Counted from the first letter of the stretch, positions 16,059 through 27,884 are shown. The stretch is DNA of 46,012 nucleotides from Candidatus Eiseniibacteriota bacterium (GCA_043741515.1 JAYUAE010000171.1:1-46012), one strand, 5' to 3'. Numbers and translations: made by a program. Notes: a model not told the origin generated them from the letters alone.

Positions 16059-16870
16059 GCGGCATCCCCGACACCGTGGCGCGTCCCCCGATCACGATCG
16101 TGACGGTGTGCCGCAATGCCCTCTCCCTCCTCCGGCCCACGGTGGAGAGCGTCCTGGAGCAGCGGATCCCCTCCGTCGAATACTGGATCGTGGACGGGTT
16201 CTCGAGCGACGGCACGCGCGAATACCTCGATTCGCTCTCGTCGCGCGGCGTGCGCTGGGTTTCGGAGCCCGATCGCGGGATCGCCGACGCGATGAACAAG
16301 GGCGTGCGGCTGGCCTCGGGCCGGTGGATCGCCCATCTCCACGCGGGGGACCGATATTTGCCCGGCGCGCTCCACCGCGTGCTCGCCGATTCCGGAAGCG
16401 GCGCCGACGTCCTGTGCGGCTCGATCTCGAAGCACGAGATGGAGCGGGGCGAGGTCTGCTACCGGCCCCTGCCGGCTCGGCTCCGGATGGACATGACCGT
16501 GCACCACCCCGCCACGTTCACGCGGCGCGAGGTCTTCGAGGAGATCGGCGGGTTCGACGAGCGCTATCCGAACGCGATGGACTACGATTTCTTCCTGCGC
16601 GCATTCGTGAGGGGGAAAAGCTTCGAGGTGATTCCCGAGACGCTCGCGCGGATGGCTTCGGGAGGGCAATCGGAGCGCTCGCTCTGGGAGACGTACCGCG
16701 AGACCCATCTCATCCGGGCCCGCGCTCTCGAGGGCGGCTGGGAGCGCTCCTACGCGTTCTTCCTCTTCCTGGTGGCGCGCGGCACGGCGAGGAGATTCTT
16801 GCAGCGCGTGGGGCTGGGCGGGCTCGTGTCCTGGCTCAGACGGCGCTTCGCGATGGCTCCGAAGGGCTGA
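16055..16870 (+). CDS. GT2-family glycosyltransferase
   Basis: ITIVTVCRNA, YWIVDGFSSDGT, DRGIADAMNKG and AHLHAGD (DxD region) fit the GT-A fold. TTG start at 16055 overlaps the upstream stop (TTGA). Confidence 0.8.
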   Translation: MSGIPDTVARPPITIVTVCRNALSLLRPTVESVLEQRIPSVEYWIVDGFSSDGTREYLDSLSSRGVRWVSEPDRGIADAMNKGVRLASGRWIAHLHAGDRYLPGALHRVLADSGSGADVLCGSISKHEMERGEVCYRPLPARLRMDMTVHHPATFTRREVFEEIGGFDERYPNAMDYDFFLRAFVRGKSFEVIPETLARMASGGQSERSLWETYRETHLIRARALEGGWERSYAFFLFLVARGTARRFLQRVGLGGLVSWLRRRFAMAPKG

Positions 16871-18022
16871 TCGGCCCACGAGGCGGCCGCGAAGGCGATG
16901 CCCACCAGTACGCACAGGAGATCGAGCAGCTCCTCGTCCCCCAGATTCCACTCCATGAGCCCGGAGGTGAAGAACCCGGCCAGCGCCGCCGAGACCCCGA
17001 GCGAGATCGCGGCGCCGAGGCGCGCGCCCGGCGTGGGCGCCTTCCGATACCGGCGAATCGCGCGCGATGCGGCGCGCACGAGGCCGGTGACCAGGAACAC
17101 CAGCGCCACGAGCCCCGCGATTCCCATGGTGGCCGCGACCTGGACGTACACGCTGTGGAGGTGCCCCGCCGGCTCGATCGCTCCGGCGGACTTGTAGCGC
17201 TCGTAGAGCGGATGCAAATCTTGAAGCCCGACTCCGGTCCAGGGGTGGTCCCGGAACATGCGCGTCCCCGCCTCCCACATGTGGACGCGCTCGCGGTTCC
17301 ATGGGTTCTGCGGGTCGAAGATGCTGAAGGCGCGGGCACGGTAGGCGCCTGGTAGGACCGACGCGAGCGCGGCGAGACCGCCCGCGACCCCGGCCAGCCA
17401 GCGCGCGCGCGTGAACGCCACGATCACGACGAGCGCCGCGATGTAGCCGATCCACGCGCTCCGCGTGTAGGTCCCGGCGAGCGCGGGCAGGATCGCGCCC
17501 AGCGTAAGGAGCGCGCCCGCGCGCCACCGTCCGTCGCACCGGATCGCGATCGCGGTGGCGAGCGAAGCGACGAGGAGCGCCTGCCCCCCGTAGGTCAGAG
17601 GATGCCCCACCGCGCCCTTGACCCGGTTCGGAAAGGCGGCCCCCTGCATCGCGAACCTCGCGAGCGCGAAGAGGGCCGCGGCGCCGGCCGAGACCAGGAG
17701 CACCGCGACCGCCCGCCGCGCCAGCTTCTCGTCCCGCGCGTGGTAGGCCGAGACCGGGACGAGAACGAGGAGGAGCCCCTTCACCACGCGCGGCCAGCTC
17801 GCGCGCGGGTCCATGGCGAAGAGCGAGGCGACGGCCAGCGCTCCGATCCAGGCGAGGGCGGGGAGATCGACCGGCGTGCGCACCCAGCGATTGGGCAATG
17901 CCTGCCACGAGAGCAGCGTGAGCGCGGCGCAGAGGACGAGCGCGATGGACATGGGCGCCACGGACCACGGAAGCGCCGCCGCGAGGAGGAGGAACGAGAG
18001 CGCGCACGCCTTGGCGAGCGCG

Positions 18023-20180
<2,158 letters not shown>

Positions 20181-20201
20181 GGGGCGGAAAGGCCGCCGGG
20201 G

Positions 20202-21269
20202 CTACAGGGTTGGAAGCACCACCGGTTCCTGGCGGAGCCTGAACTCGGCGATCACCTCGCTCAGGGTCTGCTCCAGGGGAATCCGGGGCTCCCAACCGAT
20301 CATGCCGCGGATTCGCTGGATGTTCGGCACCCGCCGGCGCATGTCCTCGAAGTCGGAGCGGTAGGCGAGCTCGTAGGGGACGAACCGGATCTGGGAATCG
20401 CTATCGGCCGCGCGAATGATGCGCCGCGCCAGATCGAGGATCGAGATCTCCCGCTCGCTCCCGACGTTGAAAATCCCGCCCTCCGCGCCCGGACAGAGCG
20501 CGAGCCCGATCAGCGCGCGGACGACATCGCGGACGTCGCAGAAGCAGCGCGACTGGAGCCCGTCCTGGTAGACGGTGAGAGGACGTCCCTCCACGGCTTG
20601 CTGGACGAGCCGCGGAATCACCATGCCGTAGGCGCCGCTCTGGCGCGGTCCCACGGTGTTGAACAGCCGGGCGATCACGATGGGGACGCGAAATTCCTTG
20701 TGGTAGGCCAGCGCCAGGAACTCGTCGAGCGCCTTGGATTCCGCATACGCCCACCTGCTCCGTGTCGTCGGACCCAGGACGCGATCGTCGTCTTCCTGGT
20801 AGGGATGGTTGTCGCTCTTCCCGTAGACCTCCGACGTCGACGCGATGAGCACCTTCCTGTGGTACCGGCGCGCGTGCCGGAGGATCGCCTCGGTCCCGAG
20901 AACGTTGGTCTCGATGGTCTGGACGGGCTTCTTGATGATGAGGTCGACGCCGACGGCGGCGGCGAGGTGGAAGATCAGGTTGCACTCGCTCACCAGGCGG
21001 TCCATCACGGCCTCGCTGGTGACCGACTCGTACACGAACCGGAACCCAGGGTGTTCCTCGAGGTGAGCGATGTTGCTGTACCGCCCCGTGGAGAGATCGT
21101 CCACGGCCGTGACCGAAGCGCCATGGGAGATGAGGTGCTCCGCGAGGTGGCTTCCGATGAAGCCGGCCCCGCCGGTGATCAATACATGCAAGGGCTCCGG
21201 AAGATTCACGGCGCCGCCGGGTCCGGATTCATCCCCGTTCCCGTTCCCATTCCCGTTCAGGTGCGTCAT
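20202..21269 (-). CDS. SDR-family NAD-dependent sugar-nucleotide epimerase/dehydratase (UXS/ArnA-C-like)
   Basis: ITGGAGFIGSHL, STSEVYG, YAESKALDE (catalytic YxxxK), ARLFNTVGPRQ. N-terminal NGNGNGNG tail. Confidence 0.85.
   Translation of the reverse strand: MTHLNGNGNGNGDESGPGGAVNLPEPLHVLITGGAGFIGSHLAEHLISHGASVTAVDDLSTGRYSNIAHLEEHPGFRFVYESVTSEAVMDRLVSECNLIFHLAAAVGVDLIIKKPVQTIETNVLGTEAILRHARRYHRKVLIASTSEVYGKSDNHPYQEDDDRVLGPTTRSRWAYAESKALDEFLALAYHKEFRVPIVIARLFNTVGPRQSGAYGMVIPRLVQQAVEGRPLTVYQDGLQSRCFCDVRDVVRALIGLALCPGAEGGIFNVGSEREISILDLARRIIRAADSDSQIRFVPYELAYRSDFEDMRRRVPNIQRIRGMIGWEPRIPLEQTLSEVIAEFRLRQEPVVLPTL
21234..21258. repeat. imperfect hexanucleotide tandem repeat (CCGTTC x4) encoding (Asn-Gly)4
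   Basis: The + strand reads ccgttc ccgttc ccattc ccgttc, which are codons 5-12 (NGNGNGNG) of the SDR gene on the reverse strand. Confidence 0.6.
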
Positions 21270-21430
21270 TCTCGCCCCCCTCTGTACCCCTCAGGGTGTT
21301 TGAGCCATTCTTGATCGCTGGCCTTTGGAAATCGGGGATTCCGCCGCCGGGTCAACACCGTCCTCGGCGGAACAGAGCGCAGCCGGCCGGCCGCCGGCGC
21401 TGGGGGAAGACGCCTTCGCTCAAGTTCCAA

Positions 21431-22570
21431 TCATGCCATACCCGGACGGCGCTTGCCAGGGTCCAGCAACTCGGCATAGAGCCGCGCGGTGTGGTCCACC
21501 ATCGCGGATTCCGAGAACATTCGCGCCCGCTCCCGCGCCGCCGCCCCCATTCGCTTCGCGGAATCCGGATTGCCGAGGATCCACTGAATGGCCCGGGCCA
21601 GCTCCTGGTGGTCGCTTGGAGCCACCTCCAGGCCCGTGACCCCGTCCTGGTTGACGAAAGAGGTCCCCGTTCCCAGGCGTGTCGAGATGGCCGGAACGCC
21701 GCAGAGCATCGCCTCGATCATCGCCAGCCCGAGCGCTTCGCTCCGGTCGATGGATGAGAGGACGAACACATCCGCCGCCCGGTAGTAGCCGGGCAGATCC
21801 TCCGCCGGCACGTCGCCGGCGAGGACGACGCGCTGTTCCATGCCGTCCTCCAGGATCTTCTTGCGAATTGGTCCCTCCATCTCCCCCTGGCCCACGAGCA
21901 CCAGCGTCGCGTTCACCTGCGCCATGGCGTCGATCAGGACGGGGAGGCCCTTGTAGGGCCGCATTCGCCCGACGAAGAGAACGACCGGCCCCGGATGCGC
22001 GCGCCTCAACCGGGCCGAGACCTCGCGCGACCGCTCGGTCTCCTGATAATCCGAGGCGCGGATTCCGAGCGGAAGAACCTCGCAACGCTCCCGGTGGGGC
22101 TCGAGAAAGACGTTCCTCTCGAGCGCGGCCGGCGAGGTGACCAGGATGCGGTCGGCACGCCGCAGGAACCATCGAAGCGGGTACCGGTAGATTTTGAGCA
22201 GACCCTTCTGACGAACGATATCGCAGTGATAGGTCACGACGACCGGACAACGGGGCCGCGCCAGGAGACAGGCCACCTCGCCGGTCGGGTTGGGATGGTG
22301 GAAATGCAGGATGTCGGGCTTGAGCCGCCGAAGCCAGAGCGCCACCGACGGGCTCACGGGAGCGCGCGCGAGGCGGCCGAAGGTGGCCGCGCGCACGACC
22401 TGAACTGAGCCCAACCGCTCCACCTTGGTCTCGGGGCTGTCGGAGGAGCACACCACCGTGACCTCCACGCCCGGCCGCGCGCTCAGCCCTTCGCTCAAGA
22501 GCCGCACCGTGCGCTCGATGCCTCCATACACGGGCGGCTCGTAGTCCTTGTAGACCTGGACGACCCTCAT
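21431..22570 (-). CDS. GT4-family glycosyltransferase
   Basis: Starts MRVVQVYKDYEPPVYGGIER. FVGRMRPYKG, SSIDRSEALGLAMIEAMLCGVPAIST. ATG 22570 overlaps the upstream stop (ATGA). The track ORF of 735 aa is a 5' extension. Confidence 0.85.
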   Translation of the reverse strand: MRVVQVYKDYEPPVYGGIERTVRLLSEGLSARPGVEVTVVCSSDSPETKVERLGSVQVVRAATFGRLARAPVSPSVALWLRRLKPDILHFHHPNPTGEVACLLARPRCPVVVTYHCDIVRQKGLLKIYRYPLRWFLRRADRILVTSPAALERNVFLEPHRERCEVLPLGIRASDYQETERSREVSARLRRAHPGPVVLFVGRMRPYKGLPVLIDAMAQVNATLVLVGQGEMEGPIRKKILEDGMEQRVVLAGDVPAEDLPGYYRAADVFVLSSIDRSEALGLAMIEAMLCGVPAISTRLGTGTSFVNQDGVTGLEVAPSDHQELARAIQWILGNPDSAKRMGAAARERARMFSESAMVDHTARLYAELLDPGKRRPGMA

Positions 22571-23664
22571 GCGCGGGCCGCGGCCCCGTAGCAGAGCGCG
22601 TACCGGGCCGCCAGAGCCGGCCAGGCCAGCGCCGCCGCGCGCCGCGCGCCCTCGGCGAGGCGTGCCGGGGCCTCGCCTCCCCGGGACAGCGCGCGCCGCA
22701 GGCCCTCGGCGATCGACTCCGGCGACCGCGGATCCACGTAGATCGCGGCGCTTCCGCAGACCTCGCGCAGCACCGGGATGTCCGACGCGACGACCGGGAT
22801 CCCGACGCTCATGGCCTCGGCGAGCGGAAGACCGAAGCCCTCGGAGAAGGAGACCATGGCGAGCGCCGATGCGGCCCGGTAGAGCGGGCCGAGCTGCGCC
22901 TCGTCCAGCGGACCGGTGAAAACCACGCGGCCCTTGAGCCCGAGCGCGGCCGCGCGCTCGCGCAGCGCGGGTGTAAGCGCGGAGAACGGGCCCGCGAGCA
23001 CGAGGCGGGTGTTCCCCGAGGGGAAGGCCAGCGCCATGGCGTCCAGGAGCCCCGCGAGGTTCTTGTGCGGCCTGTGGACGCCGACGGAGAGAACGTATGG
23101 AGCCTCCGCGAGCGAAGGATCGTGCAGAGGGCCAGACCTCGGAATTTCCACGCCCGCCGGAATGGAGACCACGCGCTCCGGGCTGAGACCGAAACGCCGG
23201 AGGACCTGGACGCGCACGGCCTCCGTGAGCGTGACCACCCGGTCCGCGGAACGCGCGGCTCGCGTGATTCCCAGGCGCGCGAGACGTCGTCGCATGCCCC
23301 TCCCTCCGGAGGGCTCGAAAGGGATGAGGTCGTAGATCGTCACCACGCTCGGAATGGGGCTCGCCAGAGCGCCGGCGAAGTAGGGGGCGTGCAGGATGTC
23401 CGCGTGAACGGCGCGCGCGAGGGCGCGGAGCCGGAGCGGATCGAAGAGCCCGAGGCCCGAGCCGTTGCAGCGCGCCACGGAAACATTGGGGGAACCTTCC
23501 AACAGGCTCCAGTCGAAGCGCGCGTCCGGAAGCGAGGGATTCCGCGCCACGGTGAATTCGAGCTCGGGAAAGGCCTGAGGCAGATGGCGGATGAGCCCGA
23601 ACGCGTACCGTCCGATGCCCGTGAAGTGATCCCAGCAAACCGTTCCGTCGAGAAGGATCCTCAT
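22567..23664 (-). CDS. GT4-family glycosyltransferase
   Basis: Starts MRILLDGTVCWDHFTGIGRY. IYDLIPF, VGVHRPHKN, VSFSEGFGLPLAEAMSVGIPVVASD. ATGA overlaps at both ends. Confidence 0.85.
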   Translation of the reverse strand: MRILLDGTVCWDHFTGIGRYAFGLIRHLPQAFPELEFTVARNPSLPDARFDWSLLEGSPNVSVARCNGSGLGLFDPLRLRALARAVHADILHAPYFAGALASPIPSVVTIYDLIPFEPSGGRGMRRRLARLGITRAARSADRVVTLTEAVRVQVLRRFGLSPERVVSIPAGVEIPRSGPLHDPSLAEAPYVLSVGVHRPHKNLAGLLDAMALAFPSGNTRLVLAGPFSALTPALRERAAALGLKGRVVFTGPLDEAQLGPLYRAASALAMVSFSEGFGLPLAEAMSVGIPVVASDIPVLREVCGSAAIYVDPRSPESIAEGLRRALSRGGEAPARLAEGARRAAALAWPALAARYALCYGAAARA

Positions 23665-24518
23665 CTTCGGGCCGCCGCGGCGCGCAGGAGCTCGCGCAGC
23701 GCGGCGCCGCGCCGGCGCAGATCGCGGGACGACCAGGGCGCCCGCCAGAAGAAGCCGCGGAGCTGGAGGACCCATCGCGTCACGAGCTGCTCGGGGATCG
23801 AGCGGTGGAGGCTCACGTAGCGCATCTGGCTCTCGCGGTAGGCGAGCTCGCGCGCCGAAGCATCCCCGGGCGTCGAGCCTCCCCGCCCGTGCACGGCCGT
23901 GAACCCAGGATGATGGATCACGCGGCCGCCCGCGCGCCGCAGCCTCCGGCAGAGGTCGGCGTCCTCGAAGTAGAGGAAGTATCGCTCGTCGAACCCTCCG
24001 ATCCGCTCGAAGTCGCTCCGGCGCAGGAGCAAGCAGGCGCCGGTGACCCATGCGACCTCGAGCGGTACCACGGCGGACTCGCCGCCTCGCCCGCGACGCC
24101 ACCTCAGCGACCATCCGATGTCCCCCACGAGAGAATCGCGCCTGCTATAGGAAAGCTCCGCGCGGCCCCGAGGGCCGAGGATCCTCGGCCCCATGGCGGA
24201 TGCGCCCAGCGCTTCTGCGGCCCCGGCCATCTCCGGCAGATCCTGGCCCTTCACCACGGTGTCCGGGTTCAGCGCCAGGATCCATTCGCTCCGCGTGGCG
24301 GCCGCCCCCGCGTTCACGGCGGCCCCGTACCCGGCGTTCCGTCGCATGGGAACCCAGCGCACCGCGGGGAAATTCCGGCGCACGAGATCCTCGCCGCCGT
24401 CGGGCGAGGCATTGTCGACGACGACGACCTCGAGATCCGGATGGTTTCCCAGGGCGCCGAGACACGCCGGGAGATCCTCGAGCGAATTCCAGTGCACCAC
24501 GATGGCCGCGACCCTCAT
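23661..24518 (-). CDS. GT2-family glycosyltransferase (rhamnosyltransferase-like)
   Basis: AAIVVHWNS, VVVVDNASPDG, NAGYGAAVNAG, FLYFEDADLCRR. ATGA overlaps at both ends. Confidence 0.8.
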   Translation of the reverse strand: MRVAAIVVHWNSLEDLPACLGALGNHPDLEVVVVDNASPDGGEDLVRRNFPAVRWVPMRRNAGYGAAVNAGAAATRSEWILALNPDTVVKGQDLPEMAGAAEALGASAMGPRILGPRGRAELSYSRRDSLVGDIGWSLRWRRGRGGESAVVPLEVAWVTGACLLLRRSDFERIGGFDERYFLYFEDADLCRRLRRAGGRVIHHPGFTAVHGRGGSTPGDASARELAYRESQMRYVSLHRSIPEQLVTRWVLQLRGFFWRAPWSSRDLRRRGAALRELLRAAAARR

Positions 24519-25450
24519 GACCTGAGATACCACCGGCCCGAGGCGGTCGCGGTCCGCTGGATCCGGGCGCGCCAGTCGCGGAGCGTCGCGCGCATGCGAA
24601 TGCACTGCCAGAGCCCGGCCGCCTGGGTCCGGGGATTGCGGACCATTCGCGCGAGCTCCACGAGGAGGATGGGGCCGAGGTCCGTCGCAAAGCGCCTCGC
24701 GGGAAGATTCTTGCAGAGCGTCAGGTAGCGATTCCTCTGGGAGCGCAGCGCTCCCTCTCGCGTCGCCCCGCCGCCCGACGAGCCGCGAACGTGAACCGCG
24801 GTCGCGCCGGGAACGAGGTAGGCCTTCCATCCGCGGTGCTGCGCGCGCCAGGCCAGGTCCGCATCCTCGAAATAGGCGAAGAACGCCGGGTCGAAGTAGG
24901 ACGACTCGTAGCGAACGTCCTCGAGCATCGCCCGGCGATAGAGCGCCGCAGCGGCGCACACTCCGAAGACGGCCTCCGGTCCCCGCGCGGGCTCGGGCCC
25001 GGCGGCGCGCGGCCCCGTCCGGTCCATGGGACGCAGCAGGAAGCGCCGCAGCGCCATTCCGGCCGAGTCCACGCTGCCGTCGGGCCGGCGGAGGAGTCCC
25101 GTGAGCGAACCGGCATCGGGGAGCCCCGCGGCGGCGGCGCACAGACGCTCGAGGTACCGCTCATCCAGGACGACGTCGGGGTTCAGCGTCAGGACCCAGT
25201 CGGCATTCGTCGCCTCGATCCCCTGGTTCGCGGCAGAGGCGAAACCATGGTTGGCATCGTTCCGGATGTACCGGACCTCGGGCCACGAGCGGCCGAGGAA
25301 CTCGGCGAGACCGTCTCCCGACGCGTTGTCCACGATCACGATGGAGACCGGCCGGCTGCTCTGCGCGCGCAGGGATTCCAGCGCGGACGGCAGCCACTGC
25401 ATGCTGTTCCAGGCGACGATCACGACCCCGGCGCCCTTCGTGGAGCTCAC
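24515..25450 (-). CDS. GT2-family glycosyltransferase (paralogue of 23661..24518)
   Basis: VVIVAWNS, IVIVDNASGDG, NHGFASAANQG, FAYFEDADLAWR. GTG start overlaps the upstream stop (GTGA 25447-25450). Confidence 0.8.
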   Translation of the reverse strand: MSSTKGAGVVIVAWNSMQWLPSALESLRAQSSRPVSIVIVDNASGDGLAEFLGRSWPEVRYIRNDANHGFASAANQGIEATNADWVLTLNPDVVLDERYLERLCAAAAGLPDAGSLTGLLRRPDGSVDSAGMALRRFLLRPMDRTGPRAAGPEPARGPEAVFGVCAAAALYRRAMLEDVRYESSYFDPAFFAYFEDADLAWRAQHRGWKAYLVPGATAVHVRGSSGGGATREGALRSQRNRYLTLCKNLPARRFATDLGPILLVELARMVRNPRTQAAGLWQCIRMRATLRDWRARIQRTATASGRWYLRS

Positions 25451-26811
25451 GGCGGAGAAGGTCGCGCCGGGGCCGGAGCAGCCATCTCCAGGGGATCCGA
25501 GGCCCGGTGCAGGATGGCCGCGATCCAGAAGAGGAGGAAGAAGTAGTTCGCGCCGGTGAAGGTCGGCTCATAGCACGAATGGAGGACCGCGACCGCGAGG
25601 AAGACTCCCAGGGAGAGCGCCCAGGCCACGTGCCCCCGGTCGCCTCGAGCAGCGGTCCACGCGGTGCGGAAGAAGACCACGAGAAGCGCGGTCCAGGCCA
25701 GGAGTCCCAGCGCGCCCGTCTCCGAGGCAACGGAGAGGAAATAGTTGTGGGGATCGCGATCGGCCAGCGCGTCGGGCTGGAACCTTCCCTGACCCAGACC
25801 GACCCCGAAGAGCGGGTGCGTCAGGAAGCGGGCGAACGCCAGCTTCCAGTGCACGAGGCGCGCGAAGTAGGAAAAGGACTGCGACTCGGCGGTGAAGCGC
25901 AGCCATACCACCTTGAAGACGGGGAGCCGGGTGATGAGCGCCGCCCCGAGCGCCCCCAGAACGAGGATCGCCCAGCGATGCCGTCCGCGGACCAGGAGGA
26001 AGAGGCCGGCCAATCCGAGAGCGACGGCCACGAAGGTGCCTCGCGACACCAGGAGCGCCATGCATACCCCCATGGGCAGGAGCGAGATCGCGCTCGCGAT
26101 CCGGACCCATGGACGGGACGACAGCACGAGGAGGATGACGGAGCCGAGAAGGGCCAGCGAGAGCACAGCGCCCACGTAATTGCTCGTTCCCCACCCCACG
26201 TTCGAGTAGACCGTCCGCAGCTCGTACGCCCGATGGACCAGGAAGCCCCGTCCCGCGTACGCGCGGATCACCAGAAGGCTGACGGCCACCCCGGTCACGG
26301 GGATGGACAGGGCGAACCAAGGCCACCGCTCGCGATCGGCAAAACGGAAAACCACGGCGGCGCCGAGGTAACCCACGACCACCCGCTTCAGCGCGCCTCC
26401 GAACGAGCTGAACTCCCGCGCCATGAACAGCGTGATCAACCCCGAGGCGATGACGGCCAGGAATGCCACGTGGAGCGCGCGCGGGCCGGGCAGGCGCAGA
26501 TCTCTTCTCCAGAGCGCGTCGAGGAGGGCGTAGGCGGCGATTCCGAGCACGACGAGATCGAAGGGGAAGAATCCGTGCCTGGTGTTGAAGATGCAAACCG
26601 CGGGAGTCAGTGCGAAGACGACCGGCGGGAACCAGCATGCCGCGCCGAGGACGATCCCCGCGGATGCGAGAACCACGAGCGCCGACACCGCGGCGGACTT
26701 CCCCGGCAGCATGGCGCCGCTCACCACCGCCATCAAGGCCGCGGCGGTCGTCAGGGTCACGCCCAGGAAGACCCATCCGAGGCGCTCCTCGAACGCGGCC
26801 TGGGACCTCAT
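25447..26811 (-). CDS. O-antigen polymerase/ligase family membrane protein (Wzy-like)
   Basis: Polytopic. LVSRGTFVAVALGLAGLFLLV ... DPHNYFLSVASETGALGLLAWTALLVVFF (Wzy_C-type). ATG 26811 overlaps the upstream stop (ATGA). Confidence 0.75.
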   Translation of the reverse strand: MRSQAAFEERLGWVFLGVTLTTAAALMAVVSGAMLPGKSAAVSALVVLASAGIVLGAACWFPPVVFALTPAVCIFNTRHGFFPFDLVVLGIAAYALLDALWRRDLRLPGPRALHVAFLAVIASGLITLFMAREFSSFGGALKRVVVGYLGAAVVFRFADRERWPWFALSIPVTGVAVSLLVIRAYAGRGFLVHRAYELRTVYSNVGWGTSNYVGAVLSLALLGSVILLVLSSRPWVRIASAISLLPMGVCMALLVSRGTFVAVALGLAGLFLLVRGRHRWAILVLGALGAALITRLPVFKVVWLRFTAESQSFSYFARLVHWKLAFARFLTHPLFGVGLGQGRFQPDALADRDPHNYFLSVASETGALGLLAWTALLVVFFRTAWTAARGDRGHVAWALSLGVFLAVAVLHSCYEPTFTGANYFFLLFWIAAILHRASDPLEMAAPAPARPSPP

Positions 26812-27884
26812 CCCGGCTCGTTCCGGGCCCTGCTCCACGAATCGGCGAGCAGCGCCCAGCTGAGCGCCGCGAGGAAGCCGAGCACGAGCATGCCGGCGAC
26901 GACCAGCTTGCGGTTGGGGCTCGCGCGGATCTCGGGCGGATGCGCGCGGTCCAGGACCTCGACCGTCGCGACGTCGAAGACCATCTTGACCCGTGCCTGC
27001 TCCAGCTGGGCCTTGAGCAGCGCAAAGAGCTCCTCCTCGACCTTGACGTCGCGGAGAAGGCGGGCCCCTCCCAGGATGAGCGAGGGGAGCTTCGCGATCT
27101 CGCGATTCACGGACCCGATCTCGATATCGGTCTGCGACAGCTCGTCGCTGCTCGGCTCGAGGTAGCTGCTGAGCACCTGGCGCTGCACCTGGAGCGCCGC
27201 CCGCCGCGCGAGCAGCGATCCGGCTCCCTCCGCCGCGGCCCGGTCCTCCGCGGAGATGACCGGCGCGTGCTTGGTCTCGCCGTACCGGCGCACCAGCTCC
27301 TCGCTGGCGCGAAGCTGGACGCTGGTGGATTCGATCTCCGCCCCGAGGAACCGGACAAGCGCCTCGGACCGCTTCACGCGCCGCTCCTGGTTGAACCGCT
27401 CCAGCTCCTCGACGAGGGCGTTCGCGAGCTCGGCCGCGCGCTCTCGCTTCAGGTCGCGCACTGCGATCGAGATACTCCCGTCGGAATCCAGCCTGAGCCG
27501 GGTGTTCGACTTCAGCGCCCGCACCGCCCAGTCCAGGCCCTTCACGTGGTAGGCGCGCGCCAGGTCGAAGCGCCGCGCGACGGAGCGGTTCACGTTGTCG
27601 CTCTTCAAGATCGTCGCGTACTCGTCGGACGCGGTCGTGTTCTGCGACAGGAGACTGAGCGCTGAAAAGGAGCTCAGGGCCCTTCGGGCGCCCGCCAGCG
27701 GCCCGAAGAGGTCGCTATCCTGAGGCGCCAGGATCACCGCGATTCCTTCGTAGGTGGGAGGCAGGACCAGCGCCAGGGTCACGCCGAGCACGAGGAAGGC
27801 CAGCATGATGCCGATCACGAACCGGCGCCGCCGGCTGAGCGCCTGGAAGACCGCGGAGAGATCGAGCGTCCCGGAGGGCGTCAT
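26808..27884 (-). CDS. polysaccharide co-polymerase / chain-length determinant (Wzz/GumC-like), no kinase domain
   Basis: N-terminal TM (FVIGIMLAFLVLGVTLALVL) followed by PPTYEGIAVIL, a long coiled-coil periplasmic region, and a C-terminal TM (LVVAGMLVLGFLAALSWALL). No Walker motifs. ATG 27884 is in an ATGA overlap. Confidence 0.75.
   Translation of the reverse strand: MTPSGTLDLSAVFQALSRRRRFVIGIMLAFLVLGVTLALVLPPTYEGIAVILAPQDSDLFGPLAGARRALSSFSALSLLSQNTTASDEYATILKSDNVNRSVARRFDLARAYHVKGLDWAVRALKSNTRLRLDSDGSISIAVRDLKRERAAELANALVEELERFNQERRVKRSEALVRFLGAEIESTSVQLRASEELVRRYGETKHAPVISAEDRAAAEGAGSLLARRAALQVQRQVLSSYLEPSSDELSQTDIEIGSVNREIAKLPSLILGGARLLRDVKVEEELFALLKAQLEQARVKMVFDVATVEVLDRAHPPEIRASPNRKLVVAGMLVLGFLAALSWALLADSWSRARNEPG

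Noticed and set aside
16040-18007. 655-aa minus-strand ORF, with companions 15799..17355 and 16836..17339
   Set aside because: These are off-frame shadows of the GT2 and Wzy-like genes. They have no motifs and an Arg/Gly/Pro bias.
25507-27165. 552-aa plus-strand and 485-aa minus-strand (25568..27025) ORFs over the Wzy-like gene
   Set aside because: They have charged, low-complexity translations, whereas the chosen frame gives a coherent polytopic protein with the Wzy_C-type pattern and ATGA-coupled boundaries.
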